64,000 bases of DNA from an uncultured cyanobacterium (lineage in GTDB: Bacteria; Cyanobacteriota; Cyanobacteriia; Phormidesmidales; Phormidesmidaceae), in assembly GCA_963793265.1 (NCBI GenBank), contig CAWBZI010000003.1:64069-128068 (forward strand), in the 5' to 3' direction. Made by a program: the position numbers and the translations under genes. This document shows positions 49,111-59,652 of this stretch, in pieces. A model generated the notes under the pieces. The model saw only the letters and a list, made by a program, of their open reading frames with translations, did not search any database and was not told where the DNA came from. Numbering within the stretch: the stretch's first letter is position 1; every line of letters starts with the position of its first letter.

Positions 49111-51345
49111 CTACCGGCGACTTGTGCTCACAGGAACGGAAGATCCTGCCAGCCGCTCTCTAGCAATTCGCGCCGTACGACTCGCCCGATCGGTTAGCTC
49201 ACGGGCGTCGTAAGAGTATTCGCCGAAGTCATTTTTACTATCGACGCCGTTAGCAACCATGCCTAGCACCGTTGCACCCGAGCGTTCTAGTAAAGACTTA
49301 GCTGCGATCGCCCGGTCGTAAGTCACCGTACGAGGCCGCATCACCATCAACACACCGTCGGTAAGATTTGCAAGCACCGCTGCGTCTGCCGCCCCAGTTA
49401 GCGAAGGCGTGTCAAAAATAACGTAGTCAAACTGCTCGCGAAATAGCTCGATCAAAGTCGCCATTCGCTCCGAGTCCAACAGTGCCATCGGGTTTGGCGG
49501 CACGACCCCAGCAGTGATTACTGTCAGGTTGTCATTCACCGGCTGTAGGGCGCGCTCCAAGCTGCCTTCGCCTACGAGCACGTGGCTTAGGCCCACCGCG
49601 TTAATCAGGTTCCAAAGGTGATGCTGGCTGGGCGATCGCATATCAGCATCTACCAGCAGCACGCGCCGGTTAGTCTGTGCCACTGAGGCCGCCAGGTTGG
49701 CGCACACTTCAGATTTGCCTTCGCCTGCGACTGAGCTAGTAAAGGCGATCGCCTTCAGCTTTTGGTCTGAGCTAATAAAGCGCAGATTGGCCTGTAGCAT
49801 TTGGTAGGCACTCGACAAAATCGGGTAGCTGCTCTCCAGCGTGATAATCCGACGCGCGGGCATTCCGTCTTCTTCCGCCATGCCTTCAGGTAGCTCGTAC
49901 CCACGCGGTAGCTCAAAGTGAGGAATCACGCCTAGCAGCACGTAGCCAAATATCTTCTCGCCATCTTTCACGGTCTTCAGCGATCGATCGATCAGGTCAA
50001 GGAAGAAGGCCGTGGCGACTCCCAAAAAGGCTCCCACCACGCCGCCTGCGAGCAAATACTTCATCTTGCCCTCTACCGTCGGCGAATCCGGCACCGCCGC
50101 GAGTTCTACAATATGAGCACTTCCCACTCTACGATTTTCAGCCAGCCTGACTTCCTGTAACCGCTCAAGCAGCGTTTCAGCTCGGCTACGCGCCGATATC
50201 TGTCGTTCTATCAGCTCAGATTGCGTCCTTTCGAGTCCTGGGAACACGCTTCCTTTTGCTTCATAGGCATCTCTAGTAGCCACCAAAGTCGCGAGCTGGT
50301 TGAAAGTGCTCTGCCGATCAACTTCAGCCTGCACAAGCTGTTCAGCCAGCTTTTCATCAATCGCGCTCATGCTCAACAGGCCCGCTGGGGCAGCGCCTCG
50401 GGCCACTTCGCCCACCCGATTTCGCAGCACCGCGCTCAGGGCTGACTCTCTACGCTGCAACGCTCTGACCGAAGGATGCTGCGGCGTGTACTGGGTGAGA
50501 GCCGTTGCGAGTTCTGCTCTGACGCCCTGTAGTGCAGCAAGAGATTCTTGCACCGCAGGCGACTGGTTAACCGTTGCCAAGTCCAAGGCGGCTTGAGCAC
50601 TCATGCCCAGCTGACGAGATAGCTGATTCGCCTGGCTTTCAGCGGCGACAAGGGCTACTTGGGTCTGACTGATTTGATTGTCTATATTAGCGATCGCCGC
50701 CACCGTAGCCCCTGCCTCTTCGGGCAGCGCAACAATGCCGTTGTCTTCGTTAAATCGCCTCAATTCCTCGCTTAGCCTGTCAGCTTCAGCCTGAGCGCGG
50801 GGCAGCTCTTCTTCTAAAAACTCTCGGGCCGCTGTGACATCACCACGATTGCTGCTGATGTTGGCCTGTATATAGGAGCGCATGATCTGGTTTACCACCG
50901 CTGCCGATAGCTCCGGCTGGCCCGAACGATAGGCAATAGCAATCACATCCGTCTCTGAAAGTGGCTCTACGCTCAAATTACTCGCTAATTCCGGCGGCTT
51001 GATTGGCTCACCTTCAGAGTTGCGCAGGTCAAGCTCGCGAATAGTGTCTTCTAGAATCGGTAGTGAAAAGATAATTTCTGCCTGCGTCGCCAGCGGGTCG
51101 CTCGTCTGCTTAAGACTTTTCAAGCTCCCCAAATCTTGACTAACGCCAGTCGTCAATGCAGCGGTTTGGTCGGGCTGTAGCAGCAGCTTAGAAGCCGCCT
51201 CATACATAGGCTTTTGCATACTCGCCGCGCCAAAAGCCGCCGCCACAGTCGCCACAAAAACAACCGTCGCCGGTCGCCAGCGGCGCTTTAACACTAGCCA
51301 GTAGCGCTGCAAGTCAATTTCTTCAATTCGCTCTTCGTAGACCAT
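49111..51345 (-). CDS. wzc: Polysaccharide co-polymerase / tyrosine autokinase
   Basis: Two TM helices with a coiled-coil between; GEGKS, VDAD, FDTP. Confidence 0.9.
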   Translation of the reverse strand: MVYEERIEEIDLQRYWLVLKRRWRPATVVFVATVAAAFGAASMQKPMYEAASKLLLQPDQTAALTTGVSQDLGSLKSLKQTSDPLATQAEIIFSLPILEDTIRELDLRNSEGEPIKPPELASNLSVEPLSETDVIAIAYRSGQPELSAAVVNQIMRSYIQANISSNRGDVTAAREFLEEELPRAQAEADRLSEELRRFNEDNGIVALPEEAGATVAAIANIDNQISQTQVALVAAESQANQLSRQLGMSAQAALDLATVNQSPAVQESLAALQGVRAELATALTQYTPQHPSVRALQRRESALSAVLRNRVGEVARGAAPAGLLSMSAIDEKLAEQLVQAEVDRQSTFNQLATLVATRDAYEAKGSVFPGLERTQSELIERQISARSRAETLLERLQEVRLAENRRVGSAHIVELAAVPDSPTVEGKMKYLLAGGVVGAFLGVATAFFLDLIDRSLKTVKDGEKIFGYVLLGVIPHFELPRGYELPEGMAEEDGMPARRIITLESSYPILSSAYQMLQANLRFISSDQKLKAIAFTSSVAGEGKSEVCANLAASVAQTNRRVLLVDADMRSPSQHHLWNLINAVGLSHVLVGEGSLERALQPVNDNLTVITAGVVPPNPMALLDSERMATLIELFREQFDYVIFDTPSLTGAADAAVLANLTDGVLMVMRPRTVTYDRAIAAKSLLERSGATVLGMVANGVDSKNDFGEYSYDARELTDRASRTARIARERLAGSSVPVSTSRR

Positions 51346-51497
51346 TGCTGCGAAACCTCGCCCTTATTCCTGAAGAGGCCAATGCCTAAATTACCTACAG
51401 GGTATGACGGCAGCTTGCTCAGCAAAGTTTCCACGAAGTTACCAAGCTGCCATCAAGAATAGTTGAGCTACGGTCAAGCTGTGGTAAAGCAAAATGA

Positions 51498-52109
51498 TCA
51501 GGCGGCTTTCATCGGTCTTGGCTTTACGGCCTTACAGGGTGTGCCTATGCAGATTTGGCCGGAGGGCATCGACTGAAACACAGTGCTACGGGCTCCAATA
51601 ACAGCATTAGCGCCGATGCAAACACCGGGGCTAATGAAACAGTCAGTTGCAATCCAGGCTCCGTTTTCAACGACGATTTCTGCGGTCGTTAGGCCAAACC
51701 GGGGGTCGCTGATGTCATGACTGCCGGTGCATAAGTAGCTCTTTTGCGAAATCACACAATGACGGCCAATTTTGATCGGGGCGAGGCTGTAGAGTACTGC
51801 GTCGTCGCCAATCCAGGTGTAGTCACCAATTTCGATGTTCCACGGATAGGTGAAGCGGGCCGTGGGGCGAATGACGACGTGCTGGCCGATTTTGGCTCCG
51901 AATAGGCGCAGTAGCCAGCAGCGGATGCCGTGCGCGGTATGGATGGTCAGGGGGAATGCGATCGCCTGCACCAGCCACCACACCAGCATCTTAACTTTAG
52001 AGCCCCCCGCCTCATAGCCCGGCTGATGATATTGGCTCAAGTCTACAAAAGCGGGCGCACCGTAATTTCCAAAACTAGCTTCATCAAAATTGGCCTCAGC
52101 ATCAGCCAT
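51498..52109 (-). CDS. wcaF: WcaF-like polysaccharide acetyltransferase
   Basis: LRLFGAKIG, YPW, LCTGSHD, hexapeptide repeats. Confidence 0.85.
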   Translation of the reverse strand: MADAEANFDEASFGNYGAPAFVDLSQYHQPGYEAGGSKVKMLVWWLVQAIAFPLTIHTAHGIRCWLLRLFGAKIGQHVVIRPTARFTYPWNIEIGDYTWIGDDAVLYSLAPIKIGRHCVISQKSYLCTGSHDISDPRFGLTTAEIVVENGAWIATDCFISPGVCIGANAVIGARSTVFQSMPSGQICIGTPCKAVKPRPMKAA

Positions 52110-52116
52110 AGTATTC

Positions 52117-53097
52117 TCAAGCATCAACTGGACTCGTCTGCACAACTGGCTTCTCAGAAGGTTTTTCTAACGCTTCGGCAGAAGCTTCTTTGACAGAAGG
52201 CTGAACGCTCTTTTGTTGAATATTGAGGCTCCCACCAAACTTCAGCTCGTACAGCTTTACGCCAATTTGGTACTCATACTGACTGAGCAAGCGGCCATAC
52301 ACATAGCCCGCGTAGCCATCCAAAAAGCCTAACCGCAAAATGTAAAACAGTACGAAGCGCAGCAGCGGCTTAAACGGCAGTCGCACCCAAATCTTCTTCA
52401 AAAAGCGTTTCCGCTGCACCGCATCGCCAAACAGATTTGCGCCAATCGTACCGTCATCGGCCATACCAGTTAGCAGGTTGTAATACACCCGCGCTTCCCA
52501 GTTGGAGTAGCGATTGTGGCGAGCAAGCCAGTGATACAGGTCGCGAAAGTCTTCGTGCAGCATATCTTCTTTGAGATAGCCGACTTTCTCATGCGGGATC
52601 ATGACGTGCTCGTGCACTTCGTTATCGCCTGTGTTGCGAATGTCTTCGGTGTTGAGGTTTTCGTAGCGGCCTTTGGCGTGGCGAAACAGGCGCAGGTTCC
52701 AGTCGGGATATTTGCCGCCGTGGCGAATCCATTTGCCTAAGAAAAAGACGCGGCGGTTGATGTAGTAGCCGTCAAGATCTGGGTTCTTGATGCGCTCGGC
52801 AATTTCAGCCCAAGACTCGGGCGTGATGCGCTCGTCGCAGTCTACAATCAGCACCCACTCGTTGCGAAAGGGCAGGTTGTCTAGCGACCAGTTCTTCTTT
52901 TTGGGCCAGCGTCCGTTGAAATCAAACTGAACGACTTTTGCGCCCAAGCTCTCAGCAATTTCAATCGATCCGTCTTCGCTTTGCGAATCTACCATGAATA
53001 TTTCGTCAGCTTGCGCCAGGCTAGCTAGGCAGGCAGGCAGATTGTCTTTTTCGTTTTTGGCGGGGATGAGAACCGAAACCGGAATAGAAGCTGTCAT
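52117..53097 (-). CDS. Glycosyltransferase family 2
   Basis: PAKNE, DSQSED, DCDE, VHEH. Confidence 0.92.
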   Translation of the reverse strand: MTASIPVSVLIPAKNEKDNLPACLASLAQADEIFMVDSQSEDGSIEIAESLGAKVVQFDFNGRWPKKKNWSLDNLPFRNEWVLIVDCDERITPESWAEIAERIKNPDLDGYYINRRVFFLGKWIRHGGKYPDWNLRLFRHAKGRYENLNTEDIRNTGDNEVHEHVMIPHEKVGYLKEDMLHEDFRDLYHWLARHNRYSNWEARVYYNLLTGMADDGTIGANLFGDAVQRKRFLKKIWVRLPFKPLLRFVLFYILRLGFLDGYAGYVYGRLLSQYEYQIGVKLYELKFGGSLNIQQKSVQPSVKEASAEALEKPSEKPVVQTSPVDA

Positions 53098-53159
53098 GAA
53101 AATCCACGGTATGTATTTATCAAAGATGTAGCTAAAGAAAGAAAGCTAGCGCTAACTCG

Positions 53160-54080
53160 TTAATCAGTCGAAACTAAGTTCCGCATGACGCTACCTAAAT
53201 AGGCAATTTGGCCATAAGCATAAGCGAAATTTTCGAAGCGCTGATCGGGTCGATGAATATATTTAACCGTTTTATACGCGCCGCGCACGAGCCGTTCGCC
53301 GCCGCCGCGCAGTTGCCACATTCCCCCGGTGCCGCTTGCCTTTTCTCTGTAGCTTTCGCTAATGCCCTGCCACCAGCTCCGACTCAAAAACCAGCCTGGC
53401 TTCATTCGCGCTGGGGCAACGTTGTGAGCAGCTAAGGCTTCGGGCACGTAGGCCACCTGCCAGCCGCGATCGAGCGCAAGCCGGGTCATTTGCTGCTCTT
53501 CATTAGAGAGCAGGTTTTTACCGACGCGGCCCAGGTTGAGGTCAAAGCCGCCGACCGATTCTAAAAAGGATTTGCGCACGGCGTAGTTAAGTCCTCGCGG
53601 CGTTAGCTCTGGCTGCTGAATGTAGATCAGCTCGTCGCCAAGATCGTAAGCGCCAAGGCCGCTGGAAAGATCGTCGGAAAGCCAGCGTGGAGGCGTAGCG
53701 TTTGGGGGCCAAATTAGGGTGACTTTACCGCCTGCGATCGCCACCCGTTCATTCGCCTCAAATGCCGCCATCAGCGCCGCTAGCCAGCCCTCACTCGCCT
53801 CAGCATCGTCATCTAAATAGGCCAATATCTGCCCTTTGGCTGCCGCTGCTCCGGTATTTCGAGCCACCGAAAGCCCCAAAGTCGGCTCCAGCACATAGCG
53901 AACGTTAGGATGATTCAGCCGAGCTTTGGCAACGTCAGCCGTCCCGTCGGTAGAAGCGTTATCCACCACGATAATTTCGTAGTTGGTTAGCGACTGACCC
54001 AGCAGGCTATCGATAGCAGCACCCAAGTACTGCTCACGGTTATGCGTGCAAATAATAGCTGAAATTAGCGGATCGGCCAT
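53160..54080 (-). CDS. Glycosyltransferase family 2
   Basis: ICTHNR, DNASTD, LDDDA. Confidence 0.92.
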   Translation of the reverse strand: MADPLISAIICTHNREQYLGAAIDSLLGQSLTNYEIIVVDNASTDGTADVAKARLNHPNVRYVLEPTLGLSVARNTGAAAAKGQILAYLDDDAEASEGWLAALMAAFEANERVAIAGGKVTLIWPPNATPPRWLSDDLSSGLGAYDLGDELIYIQQPELTPRGLNYAVRKSFLESVGGFDLNLGRVGKNLLSNEEQQMTRLALDRGWQVAYVPEALAAHNVAPARMKPGWFLSRSWWQGISESYREKASGTGGMWQLRGGGERLVRGAYKTVKYIHRPDQRFENFAYAYGQIAYLGSVMRNLVSTD

Positions 54081-54335
54081 AGCAGCAGTCAGGGAGAAAA
54101 GCAGCGGTCAGATATATCAAGATTGCCCGATGAGACGGTTATTTTCCCTCTGTATCAGAGATAATAAGGGAGGCCCCTACAAAAGCATCAGACAAAAAAT
54201 CTTCTAGCGAGATCTTACGGGTAGCTAATTTACGTGGCTGTTCACGTTACACCTATTTAAGCTAAGCGCAAAGCGAACTTTTCTAACATCAAGGTTCAGT
54301 GATGTCTTGTAAAAGCATAATAAATCACCTTTAAA

Positions 54336-54363
54336 AAAGCCTGAAATATAAAGCCTGAAATAT
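54336..54363. repeat. Exact 14-bp direct repeat AAAGCCTGAAATAT x2 upstream of deoC
   Basis: Units at 54336-54349 and 54350-54363. Confidence 0.8.
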
Positions 54364-54378
54364 TAGGATCTATAGCTT

Positions 54379-55095
54379 ATGAATGCTGGCCTCAATAGAA
54401 ATAGAACGGCAAGAGAAGCGGCCCAAGAAATCGATCTCTCCCCACTCATCGATCACACGCTGCTTGCCCCCGCGGCAACCACCCAGCAAATCCTACAGCT
54501 CTGCGATGAAGCCGATCGCTATCAGTTCGCAGCCGTTTGTATCTATCCGGTGCATGTGCCTACCGCCATTGAAAGGCTGCACGGCAAGAAGCCCAAAGTC
54601 TGTACGGTGATTGGCTTTCCTAGCGGTGCAAGCACTGCAAAAACTAAGCTGTACGAGGCTCAAGAAGCCGCTGAGCAAGGGGCGAGCGAGCTGGATGTGG
54701 TGATTAATTTAGGCTGGCTAAAGATGGGGGAAACCGGCCCACTTCATGCAGAAATTGCCGCTATCGTAGAGCTGACAGGTTTGCCCGTGAAGGCCATTTT
54801 AGAGACAACGCTGCTGACAACGGCTGAAAAACGGCTGGCGGCTGAAATCTGCTTGGATGCGGGCGTAGCGTTTTTGAAAACCAGCACCGGTTGGCAGGGC
54901 GGTGCGACGGTAGAGGATGTGAAGCTGCTCAGACAAATTGGGGGCGATCGCATCGGCATCAAAGCCTCTGGCGGCATCCGCACCCCCGAACAGGCGATCG
55001 CCCTGATCGAAGCAGGCGCAAACCGCCTTGGCACCTCGCGCGGGCCGCAGATACTAAAGCAGCAAAACGAACCAGACGATCATTCTGACGATTAA
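54379..55095 (+). CDS. deoC: Deoxyribose-phosphate aldolase
   Basis: IDHTLL, VIGFP.G, KAILET, KTSTG, KASGGIR, RLGTS. Confidence 0.96.
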   Translation: MNAGLNRNRTAREAAQEIDLSPLIDHTLLAPAATTQQILQLCDEADRYQFAAVCIYPVHVPTAIERLHGKKPKVCTVIGFPSGASTAKTKLYEAQEAAEQGASELDVVINLGWLKMGETGPLHAEIAAIVELTGLPVKAILETTLLTTAEKRLAAEICLDAGVAFLKTSTGWQGGATVEDVKLLRQIGGDRIGIKASGGIRTPEQAIALIEAGANRLGTSRGPQILKQQNEPDDHSDD

Positions 55096-55112
55096 CCCTA
55101 AGACCTGACCCT

Positions 55113-56282
55113 ATGTCCTCGAATGTAAAACAGCGCAGCTACAAGGCCACAGGCATTAACCTGAAGGCGATGCCCATGGGAGAGTCTGACCGGCTGGTGA
55201 CGGTGCTAACCAAAGAATATGGGCTGGTGCGAGCGATCGCGCCAGGAGCCCGCAAGCACAAGTCCAGACTAGCGGGCCGCTCAGGTCTATTCGTTGTAAA
55301 CGAGGCGCTATTTACCAAGGGCAAATCCCTCGACAAAATGGTGCAGGCTGAAACCCAACGCTCCTTTCCTGGGCTCAGCACAGACCTTTCAAAGCTCACC
55401 GCCAGTCAATATCTGGCCGAACTAGCACTCGCTCAAGCGCTCACCGAACAGCCCCAACCCGATCTCTACTACCTGCTTCTAGAGCACTTAGGCCGCATAG
55501 AATCGGCTGCAAAGTCTAACGTTCTTCCCTGCCTGGCCCAAGCAACCTTTCACATGCTGGCCTTAGCGGGCGTGGCCCCTGAAGTATTTCGCTGCTGCCT
55601 ATCGAGAGCGCCGCTCACCGTTGAGCTAGGCAATCCTGAGTGGCAGGTGGGCTTTAGTGTGTCTTCGGGTGGGGCGATTGATCTAGCTGAGGTGAGTCGG
55701 TTGGAGGGCGATCGTATGCAAGAAATCGAGCATATCGAAAAAGACTGGCAGGCTCAGCGGGAACGCGATCGCCATAACATACATCTAACGACAGAAGAGG
55801 CTATAGAACCTAATGCAGGACGGGTGAAAGAAGCTAGTGCTGCTTACAACAACCCCATAAGTACCCACAACGCTCAGAAAAAATGGAAAGCTGGGCTTCA
55901 CGCTAAGGTGACCAAAGAAATCAATCGTAATCTAGGCATTGTGGGCTATCTCAGCGGGGCCGAACTCGCACTTATGCAGCAGTTGAGCAAGCCTGAGCTA
56001 TTGATGACCTCACCGATTGCGCCCGTGGTTAGGACAGCTCGCTCAGCCAGCACACAAACTGCGACACAGGTAGACCCACACTTAGACTCAAAATCAGGCA
56101 CAATAAGATCGTCTAAGCTGCCCACCGATTCATTTTCAGCCACCGCCACCCCACATCTCATGTGGCGACACATCGAAAAATTCTTACGACAGTACGCCCA
56201 ATATCAGTTCGATAGACCCATAAAATCTGCCGCCCTGATTGACACCTGCTTTACCCCACCAACCCATGCTGCGCGAGTCTGA
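55113..56282 (+). CDS. recO: DNA repair protein RecO, with long insertions
   Basis: GESDRLVTVLTKEYG..RAIAPGARK OB-fold; follows deoC. Confidence 0.9.
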   Translation: MSSNVKQRSYKATGINLKAMPMGESDRLVTVLTKEYGLVRAIAPGARKHKSRLAGRSGLFVVNEALFTKGKSLDKMVQAETQRSFPGLSTDLSKLTASQYLAELALAQALTEQPQPDLYYLLLEHLGRIESAAKSNVLPCLAQATFHMLALAGVAPEVFRCCLSRAPLTVELGNPEWQVGFSVSSGGAIDLAEVSRLEGDRMQEIEHIEKDWQAQRERDRHNIHLTTEEAIEPNAGRVKEASAAYNNPISTHNAQKKWKAGLHAKVTKEINRNLGIVGYLSGAELALMQQLSKPELLMTSPIAPVVRTARSASTQTATQVDPHLDSKSGTIRSSKLPTDSFSATATPHLMWRHIEKFLRQYAQYQFDRPIKSAALIDTCFTPPTHAARV

Positions 56283-57769
56283 GCCTTCTTCCGAACTAAA
56301 TCCTGATGAGTCTACCGAACGTTCTAGCGATAAAAGCGCTAACGGCCACGCAGCAAACGGCCATGGCATAGAGATAAATGAACCAGAGATAACTGCACCA
56401 GAGACAACTGAACCCTCAATAGAGTCAGCACTGCCTCAGATCGCGCAGGCAGCGAGCGGCGGTTTACTACCTGTCTTTCGCAACCGCAATTTTTTAACCC
56501 TGTGGAGCGGGCAGGTTTTTTCGCAGATTGCCGACAAGGTTTATCTGGTGCTGATGATTGCGATCATCTCTGCCTCCTTCAAGTCTCCTGATCAAACAAT
56601 TAGTGGCTGGGTGTCGGCCATCATGATTTCGTTCACGATCCCGGCGGTGCTGTTTGGCTCGCTAGCGGGCGTGTATGTAGACAGGTGGCGTAAAAAGCCG
56701 GTGCTGGTGATGACTAATTTGCTCAGAGGGCTGCTGGTGGCGATTTTGCCAGCGCTGCTTTGGGCAACAGATGGCTGGGAAGTCGCTTCTCTGCCTGTCG
56801 GCTTCTACATCCTTTTAATCGTCACATTCCTAGTCTCTACGCTGACCCAGTTCTTTGCCCCGGCAGAGCAGGCCGCTATTCCGCTCATCGTCAAAGAGAA
56901 CAACCTGCTACCGGCCAATTCGCTCTACACCACAACCATGATGGCCTCGGTGATTGTGGGCTTTGCAGTCGGTGAGCCTTTGCTAGGGCTTGCCGATAAG
57001 CTGCTTGCGCCAATTGATGGGGGTTCTGGGCTAGGAAAGTCGGTGCTGGTAGGGGTGAGCTATGCGATCGCAGGCATTTTGCTACTGCTGATGAAGACCA
57101 ACGAAGCCGAAATTGATGACACCATTGAGCGCCCGCACGCTTGGGCAGACATTAAAGACGGCATTGCCTACCTGCAAAAGCAGGTGCAGGTTCGCAGCGC
57201 GCTCATCCAGCTCATTGTCCTATTCTCAGTCTTCGCGGCCCTAGCCGTTTTGGCCGTTCGCCTCGCAGAAGTGATTCCAAACATCCGCTCCTCACAGTTT
57301 GGCTTTCTCCTGGCAGCAGGTGGCGTTGGCCTAGCAGTCGGCGCAGTCGTTATTGGTCAGTTTGGCCAGCGATTTTCGCGGCCACAGCTTGGCTTGGTCG
57401 GTTCACTCGGCATGGCAGCGATGCTCAGCGGCCTTTCGCTAGCACCCGCTCAGCTTTGGCCTAGCTTGGGGCTCATCGGTGGCATTGGCCTATTTGGTGC
57501 GATGGTCGGCATCCCCATGCAAACCACCATTCAAGAGAAAACGCCCGAAGAAATGCGCGGCAAAGTCTTTGGCCTACAAAACAACGTTGTCAATATCGCC
57601 TTGAGTCTACCGCTAGCGTTAGCAGGCATTGCCGAGACATTCTTAGGCTCTGCGAGTCGTTTTTGGGCTGCTGGCCATGATGGTGGCGATGGGCGGCTTC
57701 TTTACATGGTCAATTGTCAAAGCGTCTATGGAGAATTCAGACGAAGCCTCAAAAGCAGAGCCCGTCTAA
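56266..57769 (+). CDS. MFS transporter, +1 frameshift near 57649
   Basis: NF..LWSGQ.FS, AGVYVDRW, MRGKVFG; the last TM (LRVVFGLLAMMVAMGGFFTW) lies in the shifted frame ending TAA 57769. Confidence 0.85.
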
Positions 57770-57792
57770 ATAACACATTGAACCTCTAACGA

Positions 57793-57846
57793 CGTAGCGT
57801 CGGCGCATATACTACTAATGCGTGGTATTGCGTAGCCAACGCTACG
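57793..57846. repeat. Long imperfect intergenic palindrome (REP-like GTAG...CTAC)
   Basis: CGTAGCGTCGGC/GCCAACGCTACG outer stem; ATACTAC/GTGGTAT inner stem. Confidence 0.65.
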
Positions 57847-57870
57847 AAATAAAGCCGCGTATAGCTTTGC

Positions 57871-57976
57871 TATAGCAAACGTACGGATGCATTCGTACGT
57901 TTGCGTGACGCTTAGCTGGCAGTGCAGAACAGTTCTAGCGGCTGCTAGTGTAGTGAGCTAAGTGTCCAAAGCTATA
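57871..57976. repeat. 106-bp structured dispersed element, copy 2
   Basis: Matches 33216-33321 in length, ends and hairpins. Confidence 0.8.
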
Positions 57977-58031
57977 TAGACCGACTTTGTTTGGCTTTTG
58001 TTCAGTTTTTTTAGGGCTTCGTGACCGATAA

Positions 58032-59183
58032 ATGCATATTGTGTGGCTCGGGAAAAAATCTCCATTTTGTGGCAACGTCACCTACGGTAGAGAAATTACG
58101 AATGCGCTACTCGACCGTGGCCACCGGGTTACCTTCATCCACTTCGCCCAGTCAGATCAGGCCACAGACGATCAGTCCGGCTACGAAGAAGTTTCGCTGC
58201 CCTTCATCTTCAAGTCTCAAATCCTCACGATTCCAACATTAGGCTCGGCTAAGCTACTTGCCGAAACGCTGAGCAAACTCAAGCCTGATTTAGTCCACGC
58301 TTCTCTCATTCTCTCGCCGCTAGATCTCAAGCTGCCTGAAATCTGTCACAGCTTGGGCATTCCATTAGTCGCCACCTTTCACCCCGCTTTCGATCGCAAG
58401 CGCCGTAACCTCTCTTCTAGCACCCAACATTTCGCCTATCAGGTCTATGCGCCGCGCTTAGCCAACTACGACAAGGTAATTGTCTTTTCCCAAATTCAGC
58501 GCAGCCTGCTGATCAAGCTAGGCGTGCCGCCTCAGCGCGTTACCGTGATTCCAAACGGAGTCGATATTTCTCGCTATGCCCCTGGCCCTTCCAATATCAA
58601 AAAGCAGCTCGACGCCAGTCAGCTCTACGTTTATCAGGGCAGGCTCGCAATTGAGAAAAATGTAGAATCGCTGCTAAAAGGCTGGCGAGCCGCCAATATG
58701 GGTGCAAACAATAAGCTGGCGATCGTAGGCAGCGGGCCTTTGGAAACGTCGCTTAAAGCCTATTACTCAGACAGCAATATCGTATGGCTAGGATTTGTGG
58801 CTAATGAGGAGCGGCGTATTGAAATTTTGCGAGGGGCAGACTGCTTTATTTTACCGTCGCTCGTAGAAGGTCTTTCGCTTTCGCTTCTAGAGGCTATGGC
58901 CTGTGGTACAGCCTGCGTAGCAACAGATGCGGGTGCAGATGGCGAGGTCTTAGATCAGGGCGCAGGGGTCATCTTGAGTACGCAAAAAGTGTCTAGCCAG
59001 ATGCAAACGCTGCTACCGCTGTTTCGTGAGCACTCAGAAATTCCTATCATGCTAGGCGAAAAGGCAAGGCTCCGCGTGCTGGAACGCTACACGCTCAGCC
59101 AAAATATCACGCTGCTAGAGCAGCTATACGACAAGCTCGCGACACCCGCTAGAAGCAGCTATTCGCTAAGAAAAGGCGCTTAA
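58032..59183 (+). CDS. dgdA: GT4 glycosyltransferase, probably digalactosyldiacylglycerol synthase
   Basis: MHIVWLGKKSPFCGNVTY N-terminus, recalled as the cyanobacterial DgdA family; EGLSLSLLEAMACG. Confidence 0.7.
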   Translation: MHIVWLGKKSPFCGNVTYGREITNALLDRGHRVTFIHFAQSDQATDDQSGYEEVSLPFIFKSQILTIPTLGSAKLLAETLSKLKPDLVHASLILSPLDLKLPEICHSLGIPLVATFHPAFDRKRRNLSSSTQHFAYQVYAPRLANYDKVIVFSQIQRSLLIKLGVPPQRVTVIPNGVDISRYAPGPSNIKKQLDASQLYVYQGRLAIEKNVESLLKGWRAANMGANNKLAIVGSGPLETSLKAYYSDSNIVWLGFVANEERRIEILRGADCFILPSLVEGLSLSLLEAMACGTACVATDAGADGEVLDQGAGVILSTQKVSSQMQTLLPLFREHSEIPIMLGEKARLRVLERYTLSQNITLLEQLYDKLATPARSSYSLRKGA

Positions 59184-59652
59184 CCGTTCATCTCTAGACT
59201 AATTCTTTGGCCTATGCGGTCGATCAATTTTGTTGAATGATTAGACATAGTTATTACCAAGACAGTTTGTAGCTATGCCAAAAATCCGAGAAAATACTGA
59301 GAAAATAATAATTAAAAGTATCGTATTTGCGAAGCTAGCTAAGTGTTTACGCGACTAAAAAATACTTTTGCAGATGTTTTTTGTGAAATTACTGAGCTAG
59401 ATTCTAAAGTAGCGGTAAAGAAGAATGCCAGCACTATGAAGAACCACCTGCAAATGTGAGGTTAGAAGTGCTTTTGAGCCTACCATCGCAATATATTATG
59501 CGTGAATGACGAGCGTGCCTCATGCAGGCATAATTACCCATCAGGGGTTTCTAATAAAAGTTGATGCGTTGTAGTAGTAAGCTATTTTCTCTAATGCTTT
59601 TGGCGTTCAGTGTCATCGCAAACCCGGCCTTTTAGCAAGATCTAACTCCCCT

